NCBI GenBank assembly: GCA_963665275.2
Contig: CAXXIN010000015.1
Span: 32,001-96,000 of the forward strand
DNA length: 64,000 nucleotides
Direction of reading: 5' to 3'
From: Negativicutes bacterium
Lineage (GTDB): Bacteria; Bacillota; Negativicutes; UBA1444
Position 1 is the stretch's first letter. Each line of letters opens with the position of its first letter. The translations under genes and the position numbers were made by a program. Positions 9,426-19,383 of this stretch are shown here, piece after piece. The notes below the pieces were generated by a model that did not search any database, was not told the origin of the DNA, and worked only from the letters and a program-made list of their open reading frames with translations.

Positions 9426-10595
9426 TTACCCTTCCACCGCGCGTAGCAGCAATTCGGCCACATCGATCACTTCCAACGGCAATTTTTCTGTGCGAGCAGC
9501 CTTCTCCAGCATCTGTTCACACTGCTGGCAGGCTGAGACCACGATGCTCGCCCCTGTTGCAGCCGCTTCCCGAATTCGCCTGCGAGCGATCGCTTCCGCG
9601 AGCGCCGCGTCGACGCTCTGCAGATTACCGCCTCCGCCGCAGCAGGTAGATTCCGCACCAGACGTGGCCATTTCCACGAACGTGATTCCTGGAATGCTGC
9701 GAATAACCTCTCGGGGAGACTCGAACACGCCTCCGTTGCGACCCAGATCACAAGGATCGTGATAAGTGACCGTTTCCTCCAATTCATTCGGGACCAGCTT
9801 GCCTTCACGGATCAGTCCGGCCAGATATTCCATGGCATGAACTACCTGAAACCCAAGTTCTTCGCCTAGAATTCCGGGATAGACGTGCGTCCACGTATGA
9901 TAGCAGGATGAGCAGCCTGTCACCAACGTTTTAGCTCCTGTTGCTCGCACAGCTTCCACATTGTGCCTTGCATATTCAATAATTTCTCCCGCATGCCCGG
10001 CGGCTGCCAGAGGAAAACCGCAGCACCATTCCTCAGCACCCAGAGTGGTGTAATTCACACCCGCTTTTTCCAGAAGTTGAACTATGGCCAGCGGGATTTG
10101 TGCTGCGCGTGGAAAGAAGGAAGATACACAGCCAACAAAATATACTACTGCCGCGTCTTCCGCCCGATCCAGATTTTCCGGAACCTCATCGAGATCTTCT
10201 GCCCATTCAAGGCGATCTGCATTGGGGAAAGTCGAGATATTTCGTCTGTTTTTCAAATTTTCCGCGAGAGCGTTGTAGGCGTCAGGGGCTTTGCCGGCCG
10301 CGACCAGTTCGGCCCGCAAATCTTTCCAAAAGGACTGCAAATCGATGCGGGCCGCACAGTTCTTCGTACAAGCGCCGCACATCGTGCACTGGCTGATCCG
10401 CTTGGCGTACTCAGGCCCAATTTCCGTCTTGCATTTCAGGGCAAAGATTTCTCTCGCCAAAGATATTTTGGCTCGCGGCGATGCCGATTCCCAACCGATT
10501 TCTTTAAAAACCGGACACTCAGAACGACAATTGCCACACCGTCCGCAAATCAAGGATTCCTCTGTCAGATTTTTGTAGAAACTATCCGAACTCAT
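9426..10595 (-). CDS. Fe-S oxidoreductase with two [4Fe-4S] motifs and two CCG domains (HdrD/GlcF family)
   Basis: CGRCGNCRSECP and CTMCGACTKNC; CCG domains YFVGC...WCCG...GCSSC and YHDPC...TCCGGGG...SACQQC; ATGA overlap with the upstream gene. Confidence 0.88.
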   Translation of the reverse strand: MSSDSFYKNLTEESLICGRCGNCRSECPVFKEIGWESASPRAKISLAREIFALKCKTEIGPEYAKRISQCTMCGACTKNCAARIDLQSFWKDLRAELVAAGKAPDAYNALAENLKNRRNISTFPNADRLEWAEDLDEVPENLDRAEDAAVVYFVGCVSSFFPRAAQIPLAIVQLLEKAGVNYTTLGAEEWCCGFPLAAAGHAGEIIEYARHNVEAVRATGAKTLVTGCSSCYHTWTHVYPGILGEELGFQVVHAMEYLAGLIREGKLVPNELEETVTYHDPCDLGRNGGVFESPREVIRSIPGITFVEMATSGAESTCCGGGGNLQSVDAALAEAIARRRIREAAATGASIVVSACQQCEQMLEKAARTEKLPLEVIDVAELLLRAVEG

Positions 10596-12055
10596 TTCTG
10601 CAATCCCCCTGTTCTCCCGCGATATATTGCTCTTGTTGCGGCCAGAACCTCCATCCCCAGGCCGAAAAACACTGGATTCAACAGGAAGGGAGCTTTGTAG
10701 AGTTTGCCGGGATTCATAATATTGCATGGATCCAATCGGGCTTTCCGTTTTCTAAGCTCGTCCAACTCCGCCTGACTATGGAGCCTATTCAGGTATGGTG
10801 TGTTCCAAAGGCCCACGCCATATGGCACACCACCATATTTCTCCCCAATATCCTGCAGTTTCTTCGTAAAAGCCAACCCTTGCAAAAATCCGGCCCTGTC
10901 CCTTTCATCCGTATGATATGCGGTCATCACCATGAGATGATCCGTGGTTTCTACATGAGAGTAGCTTATCAGCCCCAAACGTGTGTCGAGGTCATACCGT
11001 GCCACAGAATCGAGATATGCGGCTAGTCCCTTGATGGGCAACCAGATCTCCGCTCCGATCATCGACGGCCCTTCCCGTTTCAATACGAATGAAAAGAAAC
11101 GATGCTCCCATTCGTGTTGTGCTTCTTCTTCCCCTAAATCCCAGCCTCCAGTCGCTTGCAGACAGTCTCTGAATTCCCTGGCAGCTCTTTCAGTCTCTGC
11201 AACCGTGCCATCCGCATCGAAAGCAATCGTGAAAGACCGGGTGCTTTTTTCGCTCCCCAACCCCGCGCGATAGCGTTCGGCATTACATCCCGGGTCTGAA
11301 AAATGCAGATTGAACGGTTTGTCGGCCAGCTTGACAGCCTTTTCGATAAAAAGCTGTGCGTTAGCAGCATCACTGAACGCCGCCAATCCATGCCATTCAG
11401 ATTCAGGACGGGGACGCACCTGCAATTCAACTTCCGTGATGATACCGAGAGTTCCTTCGGAGGCAGCAATCCATGTCAAGGATGGATCACTGGTCCGGGT
11501 CAGTTCCCTTACCTGACCGTCCGGCAAGACAATTCGGGCCGACAGAATCTGATCAATCAAGGGTCCATATTTGAGACTGCCGATCCCATAGCCCAGCATC
11601 GCCAGCCAGCCGCCGACCGTAGCACTCCGCGCGCTGCTCGGATAGGATCGGATGGCCAGACCATGACGGTTCAGTTCACTTTCCAGCGCCCACCAGGTGA
11701 TTCCTGCCTGTATCCTGACAATGTGTTTCTCCGCATCGATTTGAATAATTTCGTTTAATCCATTCAGATCCAATAATATCCCTTTGTTCATGCAAACTGA
11801 ATTGAAGAAAGCGGTCGACCCGCCAGCACGAGGTGTCAGAGGAATCTGCCCGTCCGCTGCTATTTTTACTATCGATGCTACCTCGTCAGTGGTTTGCGGC
11901 CGAATTACGATGTCAGGCAACGTATTGCCAAAAAACAGAACCAAAAAATCCGGCACCGGTGCAACGTCCCGTTCGTAAAATTCTCGTTCAAAACGGTCCA
12001 CCGTGGCGCGATCGCCAAACATCGTCTGCAAATTATTACATACTTCTGGTTTCAT
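10592..12055 (-). CDS. FAD-binding oxidoreductase (GlcD/FAD_binding_4 family), non-canonical C-terminus
   Basis: P..VIRP, PRAGGS, YPSSARSATVGGW, SEGTLGIITE and LDP.NIMNPGKL motifs. Confidence 0.85.
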   Translation of the reverse strand: MKPEVCNNLQTMFGDRATVDRFEREFYERDVAPVPDFLVLFFGNTLPDIVIRPQTTDEVASIVKIAADGQIPLTPRAGGSTAFFNSVCMNKGILLDLNGLNEIIQIDAEKHIVRIQAGITWWALESELNRHGLAIRSYPSSARSATVGGWLAMLGYGIGSLKYGPLIDQILSARIVLPDGQVRELTRTSDPSLTWIAASEGTLGIITEVELQVRPRPESEWHGLAAFSDAANAQLFIEKAVKLADKPFNLHFSDPGCNAERYRAGLGSEKSTRSFTIAFDADGTVAETERAAREFRDCLQATGGWDLGEEEAQHEWEHRFFSFVLKREGPSMIGAEIWLPIKGLAAYLDSVARYDLDTRLGLISYSHVETTDHLMVMTAYHTDERDRAGFLQGLAFTKKLQDIGEKYGGVPYGVGLWNTPYLNRLHSQAELDELRKRKARLDPCNIMNPGKLYKAPFLLNPVFFGLGMEVLAATRAIYRGRTGGLQK

Positions 12056-12095
12056 CCTGCATCCCCCTAACAGAAGCTACTTTCATCTGGCAGCA

Positions 12096-12512
12096 TCACG
12101 GTTTTGCATGTTTAGCGGCTTCTTCGGCAATGAATTTCTCCACTTCCGGTCCATGCAGCAATTTGGAGAGACCACCTGCCAGATCGCCAGGCGTCATCAC
12201 ACAAATCCAGCCTGTTCCATAGGAATCGCTGTTCAAAAGTTGCGGAGTGCCGGGCAAAGCCATATTAACTTCCAAGACTTTCCCGGTCATTGGAACCTGG
12301 ATTTTGCCCGCCCATTTTCCCGACTGAATGGAACTCAAGGTTGCACCCTCCACCAGCTCCTTCCCTGCGCGGGGAATGCGGATGAACGTGATTTCACCGG
12401 CCAACTGCTGCATGAAATCGGTTACGCCGATACGGATATTGGCTCCCTCCACCTTCACCCATGCGTGATCTCGGGTATAGTATAAGTCTTGTGGAATGTT
12501 GTACTGAGCCAT
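12096..12512 (-). CDS. Second GcvH-family lipoyl carrier protein (LbpA-like, KWAG type)
   Basis: IPQDLYYTRDHAWV, IGVTDF, IQSGKWAGKI.PMTG, N.DSYGTGWI. Confidence 0.85.
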   Translation of the reverse strand: MAQYNIPQDLYYTRDHAWVKVEGANIRIGVTDFMQQLAGEITFIRIPRAGKELVEGATLSSIQSGKWAGKIQVPMTGKVLEVNMALPGTPQLLNSDSYGTGWICVMTPGDLAGGLSKLLHGPEVEKFIAEEAAKHAKP

Positions 12513-12530
12513 AGCTGTTTCCTCCTACGT

Positions 12531-13433
12531 TTATGGATTCTGTGCATCAGAGAGTTCTGCAAGCTCCAGGTCATGGATAACATCGTTCCGTAACAACTGT
12601 ATTGTGTATCCGGGTGCTTCAGCGTTTGGTCCATGAATTGGCCGAAAACGCAGATAAGTTTGTTCATTTATTTTGATTTGGCGCATCGGACTGCGCTTAC
12701 CGGGTAACTCCAGAAATTCTCTATCGGTAAGCGTTCCGGCCACTGCTTTTGTTTTCCTTTTCATTTCCTCCGTATAGCAGGCCGGCTCCATTTCACCGAG
12801 CCAGGTCGCAAAATGGCTGATCAGCTGCTTTTCAACGGACCCCGGCTCCAGGGGAGCGCTCATCTCTTCGTCCATAGTCGTCAAAAAGCGTTCCAACGAA
12901 AGCTTCATCAACTCCCTGAATCGGGCATCCGGTAAATTTAAAACGCCAGCCATAGTCCGCCGGTCAAAAGAAAGCAGGATATTGCCTGTATACACCGCCA
13001 TCCCATTTATATCGCCGGCGCCATTACCGGAAATTTTCCGACCGTTCACCACTATGTCAGCGGGAGGACTTATTGCCGCCTCAATTTGAAAATCAGCCAA
13101 TGTTGCGACGGCTGGCTGCAGAAATCGGGCAAAAAATCGGTTTCGATTACCGTTCAGCAGCGGATTATCCCTTGACAGCACTAACTGAAAAAAAATCTGA
13201 CCCGAGTCCAGGAGTACCACACCGCCGCCGATCTCCCGTCTGATGATTGGTATGTCGTTTTCTCTGCAATAATTCTCATCCACTTCTTGCTCCAGATCAT
13301 CATGCAGACCCAGGCAGACGCAACGGGAAGAAGGGCGGCAAACGACCAGCCCTTCCTGCCCGATTTGCGCTAGTGTGTGATAAATTGCCTGAGTTTCGTC
13401 CCAAGGGAGATCCCCTGGATGATATAACTTCAT
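12531..13433 (-). CDS. Lipoate:protein ligase / octanoyltransferase catalytic-domain protein
   Basis: RREIGGGVV.LD and DIVVNGRKISGNGA (BPL/LplA/LipB fold); no full accessory domain. Confidence 0.82.
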   Translation of the reverse strand: MKLYHPGDLPWDETQAIYHTLAQIGQEGLVVCRPSSRCVCLGLHDDLEQEVDENYCRENDIPIIRREIGGGVVLLDSGQIFFQLVLSRDNPLLNGNRNRFFARFLQPAVATLADFQIEAAISPPADIVVNGRKISGNGAGDINGMAVYTGNILLSFDRRTMAGVLNLPDARFRELMKLSLERFLTTMDEEMSAPLEPGSVEKQLISHFATWLGEMEPACYTEEMKRKTKAVAGTLTDREFLELPGKRSPMRQIKINEQTYLRFRPIHGPNAEAPGYTIQLLRNDVIHDLELAELSDAQNP

Positions 13434-13436
13434 ATT

Positions 13437-13736
13437 CTAAAACAGCTCATCTCCGCTCTTGTTTCCCAGGCCAGGATGACCGTCAAACCGAACGACCCCG
13501 ACGGCCACCGCTTCTCCGGCAGCCTTTTTCACCCTCGCCGTGCCGTCGATGCCGAAGCCTCCGCACAGCTCAATTGCCGCGATTCCCTGTCCGACTAGTT
13601 CCCTGGTGATTTTTTCCGCCGAACTGTAGTCCTTGACCCCAACTACAGTCAGTGATACCGCCGGTGTATCCACCACGGCGCGGTGCTTCTGACTATCGGC
13701 CTCCGGTGCGATGAATATAAATGCCGCTTTCAACAT
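13437..13736 (-). CDS. DUF6506 family protein
   Basis: LKAAFIF.AP, IELCGGFG and VGVVRFD.HPGL..KSGD recognised as the DUF6506 pattern. Confidence 0.65.
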   Translation of the reverse strand: MLKAAFIFIAPEADSQKHRAVVDTPAVSLTVVGVKDYSSAEKITRELVGQGIAAIELCGGFGIDGTARVKKAAGEAVAVGVVRFDGHPGLGNKSGDELF

Positions 13737-13777
13737 ATCTGTTTCCTCCTTTGGTATATCAAATTATTCATATACTC

Positions 13778-14680
13778 TTATATAATCCTGGTCGTCATCG
13801 CCTCTGCGAAGCAGCCGGCGGCATGAAAAGAACTTCTCACCAAGGGACCCGCAGTAGCCTGGCAGAACCCCATTTGATAGGCTTTTTCCTCCAGCATCCG
13901 GAAAGTATCGGGATGAATATATTCCACAATCGGCAAGTGATTTGGCGAAGGACGGAGATATTGACCCAGTGTCAACATTTGGCAGCCAACATCGCGAAGA
14001 TCCTTCAAAACGGCTATCACTTCGTCCGTATTCTCTCCCAATCCCATCATCAGCCCTGATTTGCTGACAATCCCTGTACCTGATTTCCACACACGGTCAA
14101 GCAACTGCAATGTCCGCTGATATTTTGCCTGCGGTCGGACCAGAGGATATAATCTCGGCACTGTTTCAGTATTATGGTTGATGACATCAGGTCTGGCATC
14201 CAATACCTTTTCCAGTGCCGCCATATCCCCCTGGAAATCCGGAATCAAGACCTCGACGGTTGCCAGCGGTAATGCTTCTCTGATTGCGCGGATCGTTGCG
14301 GCAAAATGCGCCGCGCCACCATCGCAGAGATCATCTCTTGTCACGGAAGTAACCACAACATGCTTGAGTCCCAGATGTCCGGCCGTGGAAGCAACCGCGA
14401 ACGGTTCCCCCGCATCGACCTGCATTGGTTGACCGTGCTGCACCGCGCAAAAACGACAATTCCGCGTACAGGTATCGCCCAGAATCATGAAAGTGCAGGT
14501 CTTTTCTGCGAAACACTGCCCGACGTTGGGACAATCGGCACTTTCACAGACCGTGTGCAAGCGGCCTTTTTCCAGTAGTGTTTTCATTTTTTCCAGGAGC
14601 TTTTCATCCGGCGCCGGACGGGTTAGCCATGCCGGTCTCTCATCCACCAATCCATCTTGCATGGTTTTATTCAAATGCAT
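13778..14680 (-). CDS. lipA: Lipoyl synthase LipA
   Basis: [12 protein letters not shown] (CX4CX5C), [33 protein letters not shown] and RSSFHA. Confidence 0.95.
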   Translation of the reverse strand: MHLNKTMQDGLVDERPAWLTRPAPDEKLLEKMKTLLEKGRLHTVCESADCPNVGQCFAEKTCTFMILGDTCTRNCRFCAVQHGQPMQVDAGEPFAVASTAGHLGLKHVVVTSVTRDDLCDGGAAHFAATIRAIREALPLATVEVLIPDFQGDMAALEKVLDARPDVINHNTETVPRLYPLVRPQAKYQRTLQLLDRVWKSGTGIVSKSGLMMGLGENTDEVIAVLKDLRDVGCQMLTLGQYLRPSPNHLPIVEYIHPDTFRMLEEKAYQMGFCQATAGPLVRSSFHAAGCFAEAMTTRII

Positions 14681-15008
14681 CCAGAGCCTTCATTACGCTT
14701 GTCGCCATATAGGCCATGGCTGGCGAACCGCCAAATGCGACGGCAACCGACGCGGCTTCCAGGATCTCTTCCCGGCTGGCGCCTTCAGCCAGGGCATTTT
14801 TAATGTGAAGGTTGATACAGTATTCGCACCTTACTGTTAGAGCAATACCGAGGCCAATCAGTTCCTTGTATTTGCGTTCGAGTTCTCCTTCCACATAGGC
14901 TGCCTGGTCTGTTTGCACAAAGGCCGCCATCAACTCCGGGCATTCCTCCTGCAGTTTTCCCATGCCTTCCTGCAGTTCATCCATCAATTCCAAGCTATCT
15001 GCTGCCAT
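14667..15008 (-). CDS. Carboxymuconolactone decarboxylase / AhpD-like protein
   Basis: KELIGLGIA...RCEYCI..H...GAS.EEI.E (CxxC...H AhpD core). Confidence 0.85.
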   Translation of the reverse strand: MAADSLELMDELQEGMGKLQEECPELMAAFVQTDQAAYVEGELERKYKELIGLGIALTVRCEYCINLHIKNALAEGASREEILEAASVAVAFGGSPAMAYMATSVMKALDAFE

Positions 15009-15065
15009 TCTAATTCCCTACCTTTATTATGTACTTTGTCTATTTTTCGACTGCCTCATAGTTCC

Positions 15066-16277
15066 TTAAATAAATATCTTATGCGGCTGTTCGATCAGTT
15101 TAATCAAAATCGCCAGGAATTCGGCCGCCGGGGCGCCGTCGATGATCCTGTGGTCAAAGGCAAAAGACAGTCCCATCATCGGCCGGATAACAATGGCATC
15201 CCCGACGACCGCAGGAATTCTCACGGTTCGTCCTACACCCAGGATGGCTGATTCCGGCTGGTTTATAATCGGCGTAAAATAATCGACCGAGCCATAACCG
15301 CCCAGATTGGTGATAGTAAAGGTGCCCCCTGTCATTTCCGAAGCGTCGATCTTGTTTTTGCGGGCACGTTTGGCAAAATCACGAACCTCACCGGAAACTT
15401 CATCCAGGCTTTTCTGGTCGGCATTGTGGACCACCGGTACTACAAGCCCGTTCGGAATGGCGACCGCCACGCCTATATTGATATCTTTCAGTACTTTTAT
15501 TTCGTCACCGCTCAGAGTTACATTCACTTTGGGATATTTGACCAGAGCCTTAGCGACCGCTTTAATCAGCAGATCCGTGACCGAAACTTTTTGAGTCTCC
15601 TTCAGATCCGCATTGATCGTCGTCCTTAGCGCCAAAAGACCCGTCATATCCACACTGACAAAATGAGTGACCTTTGCCGCCAAAGCCCAACTTTGGGCCA
15701 TGTTTTCGCCGATAACCTGCCGCATTCCTTCATACGGAATCGTCTCCCAAACCGGGCGTGAATCCGCCGGCGCCGGAGGATTGGCTATAAAAGCTTCCAC
15801 ATCTTCCCTGGTGATGCGTCCCTCGGGGCCGGTACCGGTGATCAACGCAAAATCCGCCACGTTGTTTTCCTGCGCCAATTTGCGGGCCGCCGGCGAAATT
15901 TTGACACCATCCCTGCCTGCCGTCCTGTCTGCCGTCCTGTCTGCTTGAATAGAAGTCGCCGTTACCGCCGCCGGACCGGCTGCATTTACTGGAGCTGCCG
16001 CCGCGCCCGCTTCGGCCAGCACCGCACTGATGTCTTCGCCTGCCGCACCTATGACGCCGAGCAACGCCCCTATCGGCAGCTTCGCTTTCTTTTCGGCAAC
16101 AATTTTCAGCAGCACTCCATCTGCCGGAGCCTCAAGCACATTCGCAATTTTATCAGTCATGATCTCCAGAAGCGCCTCGCCTTTTTTGACCGCGTCTCCC
16201 TCATTTTTTCGCCATTTACCGACAATGCCGACTTTCATGGAAAGTCCCATCTTGGGCATTTTTACTTGGGTTGCCAT
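15066..16277 (-). CDS. acoC: Dihydrolipoamide acetyltransferase E2 of the acetoin dehydrogenase complex
   Basis: Lipoyl domain (MPKMG...MTDKIA), subunit-binding domain (SPAARKLA...GTGPEGRIT.EDV) and catalytic DHRIIDGA. Confidence 0.92.
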   Translation of the reverse strand: MATQVKMPKMGLSMKVGIVGKWRKNEGDAVKKGEALLEIMTDKIANVLEAPADGVLLKIVAEKKAKLPIGALLGVIGAAGEDISAVLAEAGAAAAPVNAAGPAAVTATSIQADRTADRTAGRDGVKISPAARKLAQENNVADFALITGTGPEGRITREDVEAFIANPPAPADSRPVWETIPYEGMRQVIGENMAQSWALAAKVTHFVSVDMTGLLALRTTINADLKETQKVSVTDLLIKAVAKALVKYPKVNVTLSGDEIKVLKDINIGVAVAIPNGLVVPVVHNADQKSLDEVSGEVRDFAKRARKNKIDASEMTGGTFTITNLGGYGSVDYFTPIINQPESAILGVGRTVRIPAVVGDAIVIRPMMGLSFAFDHRIIDGAPAAEFLAILIKLIEQPHKIFI

Positions 16278-16292
16278 TCCTGCTCCTCCTTG

Positions 16293-17303
16293 CTAGCCTG
16301 CAACATTACGCATATTACAGCTATATCCTTTTGCGACCGCAGCGCGCAACGTTTCTTCCACGTCCACTACTTTCGGTCCATCAAATGTAAGTTGGATCTG
16401 CGCCCTGTCATTTTCTCCGATTTCCACTTCACGCTCGCCGTCCAGAGCGATCACACAAGGCGCCACGTTCACTTCGACCACCCCACCTATCGGAAGGGGT
16501 TTATAATTCCTGATTTGTACCATTTCAATCAGCCCCGGCGCGATCGGTACCCGTACCTGAATATCGCCTTCGCCGATGTCGAGAACCATCCCGTGAAAAT
16601 CACGGGCCGTTATTGGCGCCAAATTGCCAACAATGGCCGAAATCCCTATATTATGTGCTTCTCCCCGAGTCACAGCGATCTGTTTGATCCGTTTCACATC
16701 CCAAATTGCTCGCGAGCCAATGAAATTATCCTTCAAAACAACCGCATCCACCAAGGCAATATCCACGGGGATTCCATTCTTATAGATCACTAGTTTTTTG
16801 CTGGGGTTAACCATAGGTGGACCGGCTACGATACCCTTTGCGATGACGCCGGCGGCCAGGCCGGCTATGGACCCCTCAATCATGCCGGGAAATACATTGT
16901 TGGTCCCGGTGGAAATGGGAAGAATCGGCACATTGCCGCAACCTTTGGCCACCAGGCGATTGGTTCCGTCACCTCCCAGCGTGACAATGCAGTCCACTCC
17001 CGACGCAGCCATAGCTTCGGCGGCGTTGAAGGAGTCGATCTGTGTTGCGCTCAGGCAGATGTCAGTCGGAATATATTCCATATCCGGACGGTGCCTGCTG
17101 TCGATCTGTTCAGCTGCAGCCAGGACAATTCCATAGTAATCAGGCATATAGACAAGCTCCTTGATCCCAACGGATGCCAGGCTCAAGATCAGGCGGCGAA
17201 CAATATTCGCTTTTTCCTGATTGTCAAAGATCGTTCCATATGCCACCAGTCGCCGGATATCCTTGCCTGATGCCGGGTTGGCGATGATACCAACTATTCC
17301 CAT
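16293..17303 (-). CDS. acoX: Acetoin catabolism protein X (ATP-NAD kinase family)
   Basis: GIIANPASGKDIRRLVA, LGGDGTNR, STGTNNVFP and ALDGERE; located within the aco operon. Confidence 0.88.
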   Translation of the reverse strand: MGIVGIIANPASGKDIRRLVAYGTIFDNQEKANIVRRLILSLASVGIKELVYMPDYYGIVLAAAEQIDSRHRPDMEYIPTDICLSATQIDSFNAAEAMAASGVDCIVTLGGDGTNRLVAKGCGNVPILPISTGTNNVFPGMIEGSIAGLAAGVIAKGIVAGPPMVNPSKKLVIYKNGIPVDIALVDAVVLKDNFIGSRAIWDVKRIKQIAVTRGEAHNIGISAIVGNLAPITARDFHGMVLDIGEGDIQVRVPIAPGLIEMVQIRNYKPLPIGGVVEVNVAPCVIALDGEREVEIGENDRAQIQLTFDGPKVVDVEETLRAAVAKGYSCNMRNVAG

Positions 17304-17329
17304 TCACTTTCACCCCTCATAGATTCGGA

Positions 17330-18298
17330 TTAAAATAAGCTTTTGACTGCCGCAATAATCTGTTCTTCGCTCGGGATGACCGCTTTTTCCAGAATAGGCG
17401 CGAACGGAATCGGCGTATACGGCATCGCTACGCGCTTGATCGGTGCATCCAGAAGATCGAAGCCTTCTTCAGAAACCATCGCCGCAATTTCTCCGCCATA
17501 TCCGCCAATTTTCACTGCTTCATGAACGATCACCAGCCGACCGGTTTTCCCCACAGAGGTCAGAATCGCCTCTTTATCAAGGGGAACCAGTGTGCGAGGA
17601 TCGAGTACTTCTACAGAAATTCCTTCTTTTTCCAAGACCTCAGCGGCTGCCAGCGCCTTGTGCACCATCCAGGACCAGGCAACGATGGTAACGTCTTTGC
17701 CGGCCTTTTTGATGTCGGCTTTGCCCAGCGGAACTAAATATTCGCCCTCTGGAACCTCGCCCTCAAGGCCCAGCAACTGTTTATGCTCCAGATACACGAC
17801 CGGATTGTCATCGGCGATGGCAGCCATCATCAAGCCTTTAGCATCCGCCGCGGTTGAGGGCATAACGGTTTTAACCCCTGGGATATGGGTAAACCAAGCT
17901 TCCATGCACTGCGAATGTTGTGCGGCTGCGGACGAGCCGGCGCCGCAGGCAGCGCGGATAACCATGGGAACTTTGGCCTTGCCGCCGAACATATACCGCA
18001 TCTTTGCAGCTTGGTTGAAGAGTTCATCCATACAGACTCCCATGAAATCGACGAACATGATTTCTGCGATCGGCCGCAAACCGGTGGCAGCAGCCCCCAC
18101 CGCGGCGCCAACAATCGCCGTCTCGGTAATCGGCGTGTCAATTACCCGCCCGGGAAATTCTTTATAGAGTTCGCCGGTCACGCCGAAGCAGCCGCCAAAC
18201 TTACCAACATCTTCGCCCCAAATAAATACGTTAGGGTCTTTTTTCATGGCCACACGCATTCCGTCACGAATGCCTTCAAGATATGTCATTTTCGTCAT
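17330..18298 (-). CDS. acoB: TPP-dependent acetoin dehydrogenase E1 beta subunit
   Basis: GEDVG..GG.FGVT, DTPITE, NQAAKMRYMFGG and AAQHSQ. Confidence 0.92.
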   Translation of the reverse strand: MTKMTYLEGIRDGMRVAMKKDPNVFIWGEDVGKFGGCFGVTGELYKEFPGRVIDTPITETAIVGAAVGAAATGLRPIAEIMFVDFMGVCMDELFNQAAKMRYMFGGKAKVPMVIRAACGAGSSAAAQHSQCMEAWFTHIPGVKTVMPSTAADAKGLMMAAIADDNPVVYLEHKQLLGLEGEVPEGEYLVPLGKADIKKAGKDVTIVAWSWMVHKALAAAEVLEKEGISVEVLDPRTLVPLDKEAILTSVGKTGRLVIVHEAVKIGGYGGEIAAMVSEEGFDLLDAPIKRVAMPYTPIPFAPILEKAVIPSEEQIIAAVKSLF

Positions 18299-18343
18299 TA
18301 TTATCCATCCTTTCCCGATTTGGATTCCTCATTACCAAAAAGA

Positions 18344-19306
18344 TCAACCAGCGTAGACATCCGCCAAAACTTCATCGACATTCGCGTCCGGACTGTTTGT
18401 GGCGAAAACGATCGCCTCATTGATCTTTCCTGCCACTTTGGCCGTAATGGCATCCAACTCAGCTTGTTGAGCATATTTCAGTTCCACGAGCTTATTTCCC
18501 AGTCGAGGAATCGGATCTTTTTTCAGCCAAGCATCCTGTTCGGCTGAATCTTTGTAAGCCCCGGGATCTCCTTCAAAATGGCCGCGCCATCTCCAAGTTT
18601 TGCATTCGATCAGGCTGGGACCATCACCTCTTCTGGCTCTGGCAACCGCTTCTTCGGCCGCTTCATGGACCGCAATCACATCGTTGCCGTCTACTGTAAC
18701 GCCTGGCATCCCATACGCGCTAGCCCGTTCAGAAACGTCGACGACCTTCATGTGGTCACGTTGACAGTTGGAAATCCCATAGAGGTTATTCTCGCATACA
18801 TAAACTACCGGAAGTTTCCAAATAGAAGCCATATTCAGGGACTCATGAAAAGTGCCGCGATTCGAAGCGCCGTCGCCAAAGAAGCACACAACCACTGCAT
18901 CAGACTTTCTGTATTTGCAGGCAAAAGCTGCGCCTGTGGCGATTGGCTGTCCTGCGCCTACGATTCCGTTAGCTCCCAAGATCCCCAGGTCGACGTCGGC
19001 AATATGCATTGACCCGCCTTTGCCTTTGCAATAGCCAGTCGCTTTACCGAACAACTCAGCCATCATCAAATCCACTTTGCCGCCTTTTGCGATCAGATGA
19101 CCATGTCCACGGTGCGTGCTAGTGATGAAATCTTTGCTCGTCAGGCCTGACAATACTCCGGTCGCCACCGCTTCTTCTCCGAGATACAGGTGTACGAATC
19201 CAGGCAGTTTGTTGTCGGCGAACAATTCCACGGCTTTGCTTTCAAAAGCCCGGATTGTCGACATTGTTTCATAAAAACCAAGCAGCTTTTCCTTTGTTAG
19301 TTCCAT
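18344..19306 (-). CDS. acoA: TPP-dependent acetoin dehydrogenase E1 alpha subunit
   Basis: PGFVHLY.GEEA, STHRGHGH, GKGGSMH, TPP motif GDGASN...ENN and GHFEGD. Confidence 0.92.
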   Translation of the reverse strand: MELTKEKLLGFYETMSTIRAFESKAVELFADNKLPGFVHLYLGEEAVATGVLSGLTSKDFITSTHRGHGHLIAKGGKVDLMMAELFGKATGYCKGKGGSMHIADVDLGILGANGIVGAGQPIATGAAFACKYRKSDAVVVCFFGDGASNRGTFHESLNMASIWKLPVVYVCENNLYGISNCQRDHMKVVDVSERASAYGMPGVTVDGNDVIAVHEAAEEAVARARRGDGPSLIECKTWRWRGHFEGDPGAYKDSAEQDAWLKKDPIPRLGNKLVELKYAQQAELDAITAKVAGKINEAIVFATNSPDANVDEVLADVYAG

Positions 19307-19383
19307 ACTAATTCCCTCCTTCTTGAATTGGGCGCAATGGACAAAATGCTTCCTGAGTTCCCGCTCGACCTTTTTTTCAAAAT

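Noticed and set aside
8994-12512. Glycine cleavage system
   Set aside because: Only H-like proteins are present, with KW(V/A)G rather than the usual ESVKA context; no gcvP or gcvT in the window.
15912-15944. 12-bp tandem repeat (ADRT-ADRT-AGR) in acoC
   Set aside because: An in-frame duplication in the flexible E2 linker; ordinary.
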